Source: Parasitella parasitica NRRL 2501
Lineage: Eukaryota; Fungi; Mucoromycota
Length of the DNA stretch: 64,000 bases
Assembly (NCBI GenBank): GCA_025201805.1
Contig: MU619303.1
Coordinates: forward strand, 19,827 to 83,826
Reading direction: 5' to 3'
Shown: piece by piece, positions 26,674 to 40,087 of the stretch
How positions within the stretch are numbered: position 1 is the stretch's first letter
How the letters are laid out: every line of letters starts with the position of its first letter
Program-made: the position numbers and the translations under genes
The notes under the pieces: generated by a model
What the model saw: the letters and a program-made list of their open reading frames with translations, nothing else
Told to the model about the DNA's origin: nothing
Database searches by the model: none

Positions 26674-28376
26674 TTAATGAGTGCCACATGTCATCAAAGA
26701 CATAAAACTATGCCAGAATCCACGATGTTCATGTTTGTTATTTTCATGGTCATAACTGTCTGAAATTCCATGGGTGGGTCCAGACATTTTCTTGTAGGCA
26801 TCATCCGCATTAGTTGTTGTAATTGCAGCAGTGGGAATTTTTGGCATAGGTGTATTGTTGACAGTGTTGGTAACGGGTAAAGGTGGGATATTATTAGTAC
26901 TAGTATTTTGGGATATCTTTGGATGTGATGCATGTCGTTTTACAGAGTTGGGCGTGTTGGATCGACGAGATTTTGATTGCTCGTCTTTAGCTTGGCGTTT
27001 ACTCTCGCGGGTTTCCAGTTTTCCGTTCAGCAACCAGTCGTAAACACCATCATCAGATTCGCCGAGACGACGAAGCACTTTATTGAAAAGCTCTCTTACA
27101 AAGTCGTAATCTGGCGATTCTTCAAATCCCAGTTTACGAACATATTGTAAATAAATGCCGAATTCTTCAGGAAACCCTTCACACAGTTCTTTAATCGGTG
27201 TCGTCTGTTTCTTTTCACCAATCCGTTCGTACTTTTGCTTGTTGGTGGCTGCTTTAAGTCCTTGCCAGGGCAAGGAGCCTCTTAAAAAGTACATGAATAC
27301 ATGACCCAAGGATTCTAAATCATCTCGTCTTGATTGCTCTGTTCAAACAAAAGGTTAGAATAATGTGCTGCAAAGAACAAATATTTAAAGAGGCGAGTAA
27401 TATGCATCTGATCTAGCCAATCAAGAAAGGTGTACCTCTTTCCAATTACGTAAATTGAAGTTTTCCCAAGGTACATGATGGGAGAAAGGGGAGAGAAAGA
27501 AAAGGACCCAGGGAAGGTAAAAGTGCAGCGTATTGTATATAAAGAAAAAAAAAAAAAGAATAAAATAGACAATATTTACCTCTTCCTAGATGAGTATTGA
27601 TGCTCATATATCTGGCTGTTCCCGACAAATTTTTATGTTCTTGGTAGGGTACATGTACTTTTGTCTTTGGATCACGATATAGTTTCGCCATTCCGTAATC
27701 AATCATAAACACCATGTTGGCATATTTGGTTCCTGGACGACCAATTAAAAAGTTATCTGGTTTAATATCTCTATAAATCAAATTTCGTTCATGGACGCTT
27801 TCTACACGGTTGATCTAGGGAATACATGTAAGTTAATGAGCAACGGAACAAAAAGAAAAAATTAAATTTACCATTTGTTTGGCCAACATTGCAACTGTTT
27901 TCACCGAATGCTTTCTTCCACACATGTCAAATAAATCCTCCAGACTTGGCCCTAATAAGTCAATCACTAGAATGTTGTGCAATCCCTCTTGGCCATAGTA
28001 ATAAGCACTCGGAACACCGGCTGCAGGTTCCGTTTCAAGAAAATGGACGTTTAGTATGCTATAGTCAATTTTGGTGTGTTGCTACATTACGTAAACCAGC
28101 CAATACTTTGTAGGTTCTGTATTCACTTCTCAGCTGTGGCGCATCTGATTTTCTAGGCTCGAATTTAATAGCTACTAATTGATTATTCAACAGGTTCAAG
28201 CCTAATTGTATTGTTGTTAGCTGACCAATCATATTCGAGTACTCGAGCTACCTGCCTTCGTAAAGTACACCAAAACTGCCTTCACCCAACTTTTTACCCA
28301 CTCGGTAGTGTACACCTACAATGTTTGCCGACGGTTTAGATGGATTCTTATGTACTGGTGATTGGTGACCGGTCAT
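26674..28376 (-). CDS. Casein kinase I (Yck/Cki-type)
   Basis: [63 protein letters not shown]. Four introns, the first GC-AG. Confidence 0.95.
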
Positions 28377-29689
28377 TTTAAACAAAATCTACACTGTTCT
28401 TATATCTCTCACACACTACTGTTGTTGCTATTTTTTTTTTTCTTTTTTGCTGCTAAATGCTGCTTCAAATTGCTTTGAGGGTATTTAAAAAAGAAAAGAA
28501 AATATAAAAAGAAAAAAGAAAAAGGACAAAGGGGAAAGGAAGAGAGGGAAAGAGAACAGAGAAAAAAGAACAGAGAAAAAAAAAAGGGAAAAAGACCAAG
28601 AAGAAAGAAAAGGAGAAAAAAGGGGATAATATCACTCTTTTTTTAACTGCTATTAAGCATTTTCCAAACTATACTATAGCAAATAAGCAAGTTCTTCTAC
28701 TTAACTATAGGTGGGATGAAGGCGGAGAAGATAAACCAGACTACTTTATTGATACAACAGGGTAAAGAAGTTGTTGAGGAAAATGAAAAGAGTTACACTC
28801 GTTGTTATTTCTGTAGGACAGGTCCTTCTTGGTGAACATATTGAGGTAACATTTGCAAAATACTGAGCTCCCTATCAAGTTCAATTTAACATTTAGGCTT
28901 TATAAATATACAATGTAGCATGTTATGCTACATAATGAGCTCCTTGCCATGAACTATAATAAATGAAGACGATTCAGGCAAAAGCATGGAAATATACAGG
29001 CATACGTGATAGACTGAATACATGTTTGTTTATGCATTGGATTACAATATTTATTATCAGGGCAAAGTCTTGTAAATATAATAATATATATAATCCGTAT
29101 AAAAATAGATCCACTAACGGGACTAATCATTATCTGTTTTATACTCATCTTCTGCCATGTACACCAACAAGAGTATTCGGCTTGCATCCGTTTGATGTCG
29201 GTACGAACTTTCTTTGTATCTGCATAATACTCTCCAATACGCGCAAATTTAAACTTAAAACCAACTTGGGCCATACATGTATATCACATACATGTAGTCA
29301 GTCGATCTTCTGTAGTCGCAATGTTGTTTGTTGTTACACTCATTAATATCAAATAAACTAGAAAGTTGTTGTTAGAAGAAGCCCTTTTTTAGTATATATA
29401 CATTGCAAGGTTCGAAATAATGAAAAACCTCATGTTAAAAGCGTTGCACACATTTGGTTGCAATTATCTAGAATTACCTGCTTGATCTGCCGAGGTCTGC
29501 TTGGTACATTCACATAAGGAAAATAATGTTTTAAGCTTTATTTCGTTTTACTACTACAATGAATATGTACATATGCTCAATGCTAGTCGGAAGTATGGAC
29601 AAAGATATACGACAAGGTGCATTGCGTATCATGATGTTGTATTTGTATGCAAATCACGAGGTAAAACGTTTATCTTTATTAAGCTTATT

Positions 29690-32600
29690 TTATGTATTAA
29701 ATAAACATCTTGCTACTCTCTGATCGTCATCGTAAGCTGTATTATCTTGCAGATAGTCATTTTCATCATAATCATCACTGCTAGTATTGCATTCGGAAGA
29801 CGAGTAGAGTTCCTGATCAAACACCTCAAAGAGCTTGAAATGATAATTGCTACTATCATGCTTATCATCAAACGAGAGCCATTTCTCGGCTGCTTTTTCT
29901 TGTACGTAGAACAAGCGAGACACTATCTCATCCTGCGTTTGCAACTGCCAATCTTCATTTCTTTGTTCCTCTTCTGCTGGCTCCTCCAATGATAGTGGTC
30001 GCAGATAGGTTCTGCTATTCTGAGTACCGTCATACCGGAACAGAGGTGTCAAATTTTTCGGTTTAGGGGGAGATTTCCAAGTTTCTTCGCGCTTTTTGTT
30101 GTGCGTAGGCGTGATGGTCAATGGCATAGCGGGTCTGAATTCTGCATTAAGCTCTTGAATGTATAGTTTATTGATTTCAAAAGTCAGCTCTTCGGGTGTA
30201 AATTGCTGCTCATTATCGTGATTTGAAGGATATGGAGACGAGGGAATCGGCGTATCGCAGCCAAACAGCTGTGTTGGCTCCTGCTCTTCTTCTTGATCTG
30301 CATTAAGTACCTCAGTTTCCAACCAGGCGTTATAATGATTGAAAAAATCAGCATCCAATTCAATAGAATTATAATCGAGAGACTGATCTAAATCGTAATC
30401 TTGAAAGCCATTGAAGCCCGGTCCACCCGACGTACTCACTTCATCATGAGCAGGCAAAAACGACGGCATGTACCTCTCGCCATTGTAAATTTGAGTTAAT
30501 ATACGTAAATTTTGCTCTTCCGTCTTCAAATATCGTGTATGATGTGAGCATGTATGTGCAATAAAATGGTGATGTATATATACATATTAAACTCTACCTT
30601 TCCATCATCTACGTCTTCATCAGCATTAAGTTTGCTTATCCAATCATCCTGCAAAACTGTCTTGCAGTTTAAATAAATAGCAGATATGATCTTCATGTTC
30701 TCTGATTATGTGATACATTAAGTACGCATTTTTAATTCACGAGTTGCCAACTTACGAGACTTCCATTTACGTCCAAGAAAAGGAACCTGGCTCTTGAGTA
30801 GCTTAAGCACATACTGCTCTAATACAGGGTGGGATATTTTCAACAACCTTTTTAAAATGGCCTAGTATAGACGAGATTAGCACACTCTCCATTAAACAAT
30901 AAAATGACATATGCTTGCTTACTGCTGACTTATACTGCACTAGAAGCATGATGCGATGTGATTTATGCTTGGTAAGCATTTGCAGGATTCGCAAATGATT
31001 GATTGAGCAATACATGTTTCTACAATTTGTGTATAAACCTTCCTCTTTCTTATCGTCTGCGACAACTCGGTTGATGTTATAGTCGAAAAAACTGTAGTAT
31101 GGCACATCTGTACGCGTGCTGACCATTTCGGTTACTTCTTGTAACCCGATCATCTTTAAAATAAGGAGCATGCAGCCAGAATCTGCCAGCAACTGGGAGA
31201 TGTACTCATATTTAAGCACATCTAAACGATTTGATGAGTCGATCGCCAGTTTCTTTAAATTGGTTGGAATGCATATGCTTACGAGATGATTTGGACCATT
31301 TGAGTAGTAGCAGTAAAATTCCAGATATTGCTTTAGAGTAGATTTCTCGATTTCGTTTTATATCAGCCTCCTCCAGATCCTCTAATGTAACTATATCGCC
31401 TGAGCTTTCAAATTTCTCTTTGCTATCTCGCTCTTCATTGCTCCTATTGCTTGCTGTGTTGGGCGACACGGATGTCAACAGCAATTTAAGAAGTACTACA
31501 ATGACATTTTGAAGTTCAGGCAAAATTTTCGCGTATAGCCCCTCCATCAAGGTCTGTTTCTCATCATCAATATCCTCCTCTGTTGATTTGTTCCTATCCT
31601 GCCATTTGTGGATACCTTTTGATCTTTCTTTTATGACTTGAAAATTCGCCAGCGATACATGCATATTCGCAATATAGGCATTTCCTGCCTCAGAAATGCT
31701 TTGTGGGACGTCAGACCCTGTATGCGATAGTGGTAGTGGAAATGCAGGAGACACATAAGGAGAAGAGGGAAAATAATTCTGTAGTAGATGCTGCTGCTGT
31801 TTGTTCTTTGCGCTGTTGACTATCGACTTTGGAGGAAACAGTGTCTGGTACAATAATTCGACATTGTCAACTGCATTGGCGTAGCCCATGGCTTCTGCTA
31901 ATCCAGAGGAAGCATTTACGGTCATTGGAGAAGCTTCTTTAAACGGGAAATTAGGCGGTGTGTAGCCTGGATACTTTTTCGTGATTTCATGTTGGAATAA
32001 TAGCAGATCTTGTGGGGTGCATTTGGTGATAATAGACGCTGTTCAAAGGTTAGGGAATAATATCAATAGTCATTTTATCAGTATATACCTTTGGTATCAA
32101 GCCCCATTGCCTCCTTCAATGCCATTGCGGATGATTTGACACATTTTAACCCACCAGACATAAACAACAAGGATTTCCAAAGCAGCAAAACTGTCTGTTT
32201 TAGACATAGTTAGACCTCCGTAGCTCTCTGAATTAAGCTCCCATACCTTTCTTATAGGAAACTGTTTATCTGGCAGTCTCTCTCGAAGTTTGGCCAACAA
32301 TAAAAACAGAAATTCCATTAGGTTTGGCTCTAATGTCACTAATGCATCAAATAAATACATTGTTGCATCTCATTCAAAGCCATAACTATACTTTACCAAG
32401 TTCATTTCTGAAGTTTTGACTTGATTCTGATGGGCTCTGATGTCGTTGCGATTCCAGTAGCAGATAGATTAACGTAATATACAAATCTATCTCTGCATAT
32501 ATAGCCATCATATTCCTTTGTCTACCTGACTGCATAAATATCATGTTGTACAAAGCTTGTTTATCAACATTATACTAACCTATTGATAAGACTATCGTGA

Positions 32601-33118
32601 TATTCAGCGCAGGATTGCTGCAGTTTTTGAAAAAATATAGTAAACGCACCATGGGAGATCAAAATGTTATTATTGCGTATCAATCTGTCTACACGTTGCA
32701 GTTTTGTTTCCTTTTGATCTGTTGTAAAACATCCAAGTGCAAAGTACGTTATGTGTTTGCAGGTCTGTAATCGCAATTCCTGATCTTTGAATTCTAGTCC
32801 GTCTAATAACGTAGTTATCTGATCTACGGCGCTGATAGGGAACTCTTTTTCAAATGACCTTCGATAGTCTTGCAATTGAATAGCAACTTCCGTATGACTG
32901 AAAAATTCGTTGATTTCGTTTTCAAACGAATCAGAATCGCTATTGTATTGATAATCGTCATGTTGATGCTATTGAGACAATAGGTCGTTAAGCAGAATCA
33001 ACAGTAAAGCGGGAAACCTTACTTTAACCTTCCCAGGCAGGTTTTCGACGATCTTCCGTAGGTTACCTGGTGCTAAGATAGGGTCAAAATACTCTTGACC
33101 AGCGTCTTTTTGAGTCAT
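29690..33118 (-). CDS. FAR11: STRIPAK subunit Far11/STRIP1 (N1221 + DUF3402)
   Basis: YNSDSDSFENEINEFF, FPIRK..LLLWK, RNREIYSKAISGILLLLLKW, EYISQLLADSG, LQMLTKHKSHRIMLLVQYKS, KSQVPFLGRKW, NMKIISAIYL. Multi-exon; ATG at 33118. Confidence 0.9.
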
Positions 33119-33230
33119 TCTCAAAATATATGAATGAAAGAAGAAAAACGTTGTATCATTTCCTTAGTTGATTGCATAATAAATGATTTAGGGAGATGAT
33201 CTTCCTAATGTCGGATTCAAAGGTCCCAGC

Positions 33231-33236
33231 ACGCGT
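33231..33236. promoter_or_regulatory. MCB element (ACGCGT) in the FAR11/CAF1A-like divergent promoter
   Basis: Exact ACGCGT about 75 bp upstream of the ATG of a CAF-1-like (S-phase) gene. Confidence 0.35.
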
Positions 33237-33308
33237 GACTCTTCAGGTGATACATCTTGGTTGAATTAAACTATTTTTCTCTGTTATTCAAGGCATCAAA
33301 AAGCTAAT

Positions 33309-35334
33309 ATGGAAGCTGCTGTCAATGATTGTAACGTCACTAAGTCAAGGATATTATCAATTTCACACCAATTAACATTTTACGTTGATGATGATAGTGT
33401 CGATTGCAAAACCAAAACCACTGGATGTAAGTCGTGAGCCACGTATTAATGAAATACTAATCTAAGTAATAAAAAGGGTCATCGTTTTATAGAGAGTGGA
33501 CAAGTGATATACCATGAAGAGAGATTGAGAATCGAGAACCATGAAGCATTTAGTAATGGTAATTGAGAAGCCAAATGGTTGATCTCTAGCAAATATTTAC
33601 GTAAAGCAGCAATTATGCGTTTTAGAGAATGGAGAGCAAATGTTGAATCTACAAGAACCAATATACGTTCTTCAGATATACCCCAAGAATACATAAATTT
33701 AATAGCCATGTTGACACATGAAAGGTTAGAATCTACTGCTCCCTCCTGACAACCAAAATCGGTTGCCTAGCATTGTACAAATTGAGATTTCTTACACACT
33801 TTACTCTACAGCGACGAGAACTTAAATTCATTAGCAAATCGATTAAATGATCTGCTCTCACCCTTTGAAAAAAACCATGAAGGTAGCTATGAATACATAG
33901 AAATAACTAGAATTTACCAACTGTTTCAATAGCCTCATTTTCCTTTTTCAAAGCGATCAAACAAATAATTAAAATCGCTGCATTTCAAGAGCGGTATGGA
34001 TTAGCAGATGTAGTGCTACTGATGAAAGGATCCCCTTCCACGATGCCAAAAGTATGACATTTTTTTTTTTTACTTGAAACAGAGCAAAACTAACGGCTTG
34101 TTAATAGAGATTATCAATTTTTCGATGGCAGGCCCTCGATACAACAAAGTTTCCCCCAGATGTGATAAAGGCTGCTACAAAGAAGCGAGAAAAGCGCAAA
34201 CTAGTAAGTCAAAACAATTCTGTCACTACTTTGTTCCCTAAATCAACAGCCAAAGTTTTCTTCAATGTTTACAAATGCATTCCAGAGTTTATCTGAAAGC
34301 GAAAGAAAGGATTTGTTATATGACGATAATGGGAGTTTCATCATCGAATCCTTCATAGACGAAACCAAGGATACAAAAACTGCCTTATTCTCATCTTTTA
34401 AACGACAAGACTATGTTAGTTTGGCTCCTATTACACAGCTACCACGAAAAAAACTCTGCCCTAGCTTTGATACTTTATATTATGTTGGATTAAATAATAC
34501 ATTCGATCTTCGCCAACGATTTTTGCAGGAACTACCACTCGAGGCAAAGTTAAAACGAGGGATTCCAAAGCTAAAGGTTGATTTGAAAAAAGCATGGTCA
34601 GATAGTATCAAAACAGGTGCAGTAACTCTCAATGTCTGTGGCCTCAAGATGAAGTTATTACAGTATCATGAAGATGTTCGTCCTGCATATTTTGGCACCT
34701 GGACAAAAGGGATCAGCAGTCAACGTACTGTAGTAACTGGGCAAAGACCTTTTGCTAAGGACACAGCATTGGATTATGACTATGACAGTGAAGCAGAATG
34801 GGATAACGACGTTGATGGCGATGATATTTATACATTAGACCTTGATGAGGATGAAGATATACTGTTTCCTACCGACGAAGAAGAAGAGGGAGAAATGGGA
34901 ATTTCTAACTTTTCTATAACTAATGTAAGCTTTTTTTTTTTTTCCTCCGCCAAGAAAAAAGATATTAAATATAACGTTTAGGAAGATGAATATGAGAGCA
35001 AATGGGTAGTTCCTGAAGGATACCTCTCTGAAGATGAGGGTATCCATGTTGGAAAATTGCAAAAACATAAACAGGGTGTTGTTAGTCGCCCTGCAAAGCG
35101 GCCTATTTTTGGCAATAAGGTAAAAATCTCCTTGCGGTATTTGCAAGACAGATTATCAACTGAACTTTTTTTTTATAATAGCACCTTTCAATGAAGCCAG
35201 TAGTATCTGGACCGTACTTTGAATCAGCAGAGGAACCAGGAAGCCATCCTCTTTTAGATTTTAGAGTGCACATGCTGGTTAGCGTGGAAAATTTCGAAGG
35301 ATACTCCCCATTTTCTATGCTTCAAGCAGAATAA
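33309..35334 (+). CDS. Chromatin assembly factor 1 subunit A (Cac1/Rlf2)-like protein, short form
   Basis: KMKLLQYHEDVRPAYFGTWTK, RPFAKD..LDYDYDSEAEW, an acidic tract and WVVPEGYLSEDEG. Exons joinable via many short introns; stop 35332-35334. Confidence 0.8.
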
Positions 35335-38300
35335 ATGAAGATCCTCATTGTATAAAAAGGAGGTTTGGAAATAGTCCTCTTATATTGTAAAACAAACAAA
35401 CCCCAATTGCACACGATAAATCTTATGACAGGGCTACTTTGAACAGCTAATTTTACATAAGGGATCTATTTAACAAGAGTTGGATATACATAATCATAGG
35501 TATCTGCTATTTCTGTGAACAAAGGCCGTTGATTTTTCAAATGGATTTCGATATACATGGTCACCTAATGAAAATAAAGTATGTCGCAAGTAATACTGAT
35601 TATATCGATATATATCTGGCAAGTATAATAAAGTTATTCTATTTAAATCAATGTATGTATGGATTCGACTCCGGATAATGGATGAGGAAATATTTGAGTA
35701 AAACTATATTGTTCAGGGAAAGATCTCCTTATTACATGGAAGATATGATGCTTTACATAATACTTAAGTGAATCTAAGTGATGAACTAGTGAGAGGATAA
35801 GGCACAAGTATGGGACATGGAGCAATTTAGGTAGTGGGACGCTAAATTGTCTCTATTGTCCATAAATATATGTTGAGTTATGAATATGGAGCACGATCTA
35901 CAGTCTTTTTATGGTTTCTGATAAAAAAAATTCAAGTGAATGATAAATCTATTAGGGTTTCTGATAACAAACCTTTTATTCTGATAAAAGTTGAGACGTT
36001 TCCAAGAAAAGAAAAATGTCTTCCTTAGGATATTAAGCAGGGACAAGAAATATAAACTATTACAATCACATTTCAAGATTTCTATTCCAGATAAGAATGC
36101 TCAAGAATAGAGAACATTTTATAATGATATGCGAAATTGCGACGCTCTGATTTATTTTATTTTGATCAAATAGCCATTGTGCAGGAGCAATAAGTACTTT
36201 AAATGAATGAGTATTTGGGTTTTTTTATTATCCAATTTGTCGATACAATAAACATTCTTTATTAGCACTATTCCCATGTACTTCAGATACCTGAAACTGA
36301 ACAATCACCAACGGGCCAAAAAGCTTAAAAGCAAGAACTTTAACTTTGCATGTCATTTTTTGACCGATTTTCATAATCAAAAGTGTCCTGAAAACGCTAC
36401 AAATAGTATCCAATGGCAAAAAACTGTATTATATATGATTTTGGTGAAATTTGAGCATGATTTTTTTTTCGATGCAAAATGACAGATTTTTTCAATTTTT
36501 CCCTTGTATCCACACATCTAAAATCATCGATTATGCATTATCCTCGATTTTGACCTCAAAAATGCAACTTTTTATTATATCATATATTAGTGGAAAATGA
36601 TCGCAAAAGGTCATTCCTTGATCTGAAAGACTGGAAATACGGCCTGTTTATGTAAAATATTAACTTTTACCTCTTGATCTGTTTTGAGGTTTTCTAAGCA
36701 GAATTCCTTCCATAGGCATACGGGAATCATGAAAAGATACCATCGTGTAGAGCGCCCAAAAATACAGCTATTATCATAGACTGACAGCCGTGGTATGCAT
36801 AGTACAAGAAGATAATATTTTGCCTCAAAGAAGTAATTTAGTTTTCGAATCATCCAAATGGAGTTTTTGAGAGAATCTTTTCTTCCTTATTTTGGACGCG
36901 TTTAATCTCCGCTATCAATGAAAAATAGTGTTATCTTTTGGAGAAGGCATTAGCTTTGAGAAGCCATGGCTTATCCAGTTCAAAAAAAAAAACTACTAAA
37001 ATTTAGTTTATTTAAATGGTGTGCTTCTTAGCTTTTTAATGGTAGTCCTTGCATGTCTGTACCTGGCTTGGTGATCTCACGCTCCGATTTTGAAAAATAC
37101 TTTTCCAAAAAAAGTCAGAAAAGTCGCCGCCTTTATCTGATGTCAACTTAAAAAGTACAAAATCTTGCTCTAAGCTATCTAACTTTGTAATAAAAAGGCG
37201 CCGTATAGTTTAATGCATTACTTTGAATTACTCAATTTTGCGTCTAAAATCGTTAAACATTGTTTTATTACAGTTTTTGTCTTTTTCCTCGACAACGATT
37301 TGCCACCAGGAAAGCATACCCATTTATAAAAAACTATCTGTATAGAAATTCATGAAATTCCAAAGATATAAATGAACGTTACTCTCCGTTTTTGAATCTA
37401 ATTAAAGGTTTTAGAGGTTTTTGATCAAAGTCATCAGACACATTTACACCCAAAATCACAGATGTTTGTCAATAGACAACCATAAATTTTTGTAAAAGCT
37501 ACTTTGAACTTGAAGGTATAATGCAGATAGCTTTTTATACAACACATTCTCTTAATATTTACACTACGAAGCAAACAAATTAAAGCAATTACTCTTTTTC
37601 TTTTAATATGGAAGTCCCCACTTGAAATCTTTTTAGGGTGACATTTCTCATCTCTCAGAAACTTCTTAGCTTTTATCAAAAATAAGAGGTTTGTTACCAG
37701 AAGCCCTCATATATATATTATCACAATTACCAAAACCTTTATCATTTACTTGAGCCTTTTTTTATCAGAAACTGCAAAATGACAGTAGTGAGATGTGTTC
37801 CTGCGTTAGGAAATTGACAAATCAACAGACAGCCATTACGTTGGCATTTAACCTCCTGAATTGCGTGTTGCTTGCTGAATCCTTTCAATATCGATACATC
37901 CGCCACTATTACACGAAAGTTTAAGAAAAACATAGCGGCAACTTTGCTGGACTCGGCAATGTTTTACACATTTCCAATTCTTTGACATCCAAGTTGTGTG
38001 AAATATTTTTGCATTTTACAAAAAAACCATGCAATGTTTTTGCATATTACTCTGAATAGATATGTCATTCTAACACGTAACAACTGGGAGAAGATAGTGG
38101 CAGCTTTTGCGTATTCAGCAACCTATTTTGTACCTTTGCATGTCTCTTAGACGGTATGTCATGGACGATAGTGTCATATTTCCTGCAAAATCACTTCAAC
38201 ATTGTTGCTTTTGTTACTTTGGATAAAGACATCACACTTATATGAAGCTGTACAGAGGAGTAGAAATAACGTAGGTGAGTACTGCAGATGTTATATTATA

Positions 38301-40087
38301 TTTTGAATCCGTTATTGTGAAATATTGGGGTATTGTATTATCGGACTACATATACAAAAATTATGTGAAGATGGATATTTTTTTAGCGCAGCACACATTA
38401 GTTTTATTCGCAACTTTAATGTCAATTTCGTGATGTAAACTTTAATAAACATTTCAGTTACCAAAAGGTATATTCATAAAGACATTGTCTATAAACAAGT
38501 CCATATTATAGTTGTCAACCTATACCTTTATCATCATCTACATTCAATCTTTTTGTCAGAATCATTAGTCACTCATACATCAAGTGATGTCAAAAGTCAA
38601 ATAGAAATAAATCTGCCAATTAAAGAGTTACACTTTTTTACGAATGCATCCTATAGGTGTATTTATACACAATGTCATCATGCTAAGGTTAGCATATTAT
38701 AAACTATAATAAAAGGGTTTTACTATCTAAAATTTGTGGAATGTAGGATTACCCATGATTTACCTTAGATATCTGCAAAACTAAGGATGAGACCTTGTAG
38801 AAGAGACCTATGTGATAGCCTTGATATAATACATCACAATGTATATTTCCTCGCATTTTTATATTGCGCATTCAGTATAAATAGCAATAGATCTGCAGAA
38901 GAAGTATACAAATTTTGATTAATGGCAGCAGTGAAAAAAGAAGCCCAACTTGCCCCCCCCCAATTCTCTCTTGTAACTGTAAAAACTAGAGAAAATAATA
39001 AAATAAAATTCTTTTTAAAATGTTGTTTTATACTTGTGGCCAAGAATAATATGCGTCACTCAGTCAAAATAAAGCATATATCAGTTGGCCCTGATCATGG
39101 CGGCATCAGACAACATATATAAACGTGGATTGGTTTGCTCCTTATGCAAGCGTTTACTTGAATTTTTTGTGATCTTTGTTTGTAAAGGCGCACAGCAAGA
39201 ACATTAACGTATGCATAAAATGAAACTGCCTCCAAAAGATATACGATATGTCTAATCTTGGATAGTAGGCAGTGTCTCTAGTAGAATCTCAGACTAATCC
39301 TTTACATTGTAGTGGCGAAGTGAAGGTAGTATCAAGGATGTCACACTATCGTTAGAATTAACTGTTTGCCATCACCAAATGTGGCGCGATAATGATATTG
39401 AACAGCTTTGCTTTTTTCGTGAAGCGAAACAAACTTGCAGACCAGCTCTTTACGTGTAAAAAAAATGAAACTTTATCTATGAGTACCTGTTTAGCATGTC
39501 CTATGGGTTCTTGCTGAATTAATAAGATATTTAGGTGATATAAAATAGAGTAGAAAGTGTATCTTTTAAATTGCTATGCAATCAACCTTGCTTCTAATCA
39601 AAATTTAGTAGAGCGACATGGTTTCAGTTTGCGTATTACATTCCAAATTGTAATACGAGGGATGTCTGAAACAGAGATCAGCAAAAAAAAAAAAAAAAAA
39701 AAAAAAAGGAGGCTCGTCTTTTCATTGTTTTGTGAGTGATCTGCTATTGTATTGTAAACTCAATAAGCATTTGTGTCCACTTGCAAGCCATAGTATACAA
39801 ATATCACGACAGACTTCCTTTTTCACTTCTGTAATTTGCATTGGAATCATTTGATGAAAGGTATAATGAAAAGAAGCGTGTCCTGATGTTAACAATTTTG
39901 AAGATGTAAAAACCATGCAAGCTAAAAGAGGTGATCGTGATGATGAGAGATTTTTTTTTTTTTTTTTTTTTTGAAAAATGATTGATTTTGTTGGTTTACC
40001 ATTGCATTAAACTCTCTTTCTTCTCTTCTCCTTTTGTTTGGTTGTGTATCGACTAAAACAGACAACTGCGTCCCCAACAAGAAAATA

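Noticed and set aside
29405-29420. GGTTCGAAA as a tRNA T-loop
   Set aside because: There is no surrounding cloverleaf or A box.
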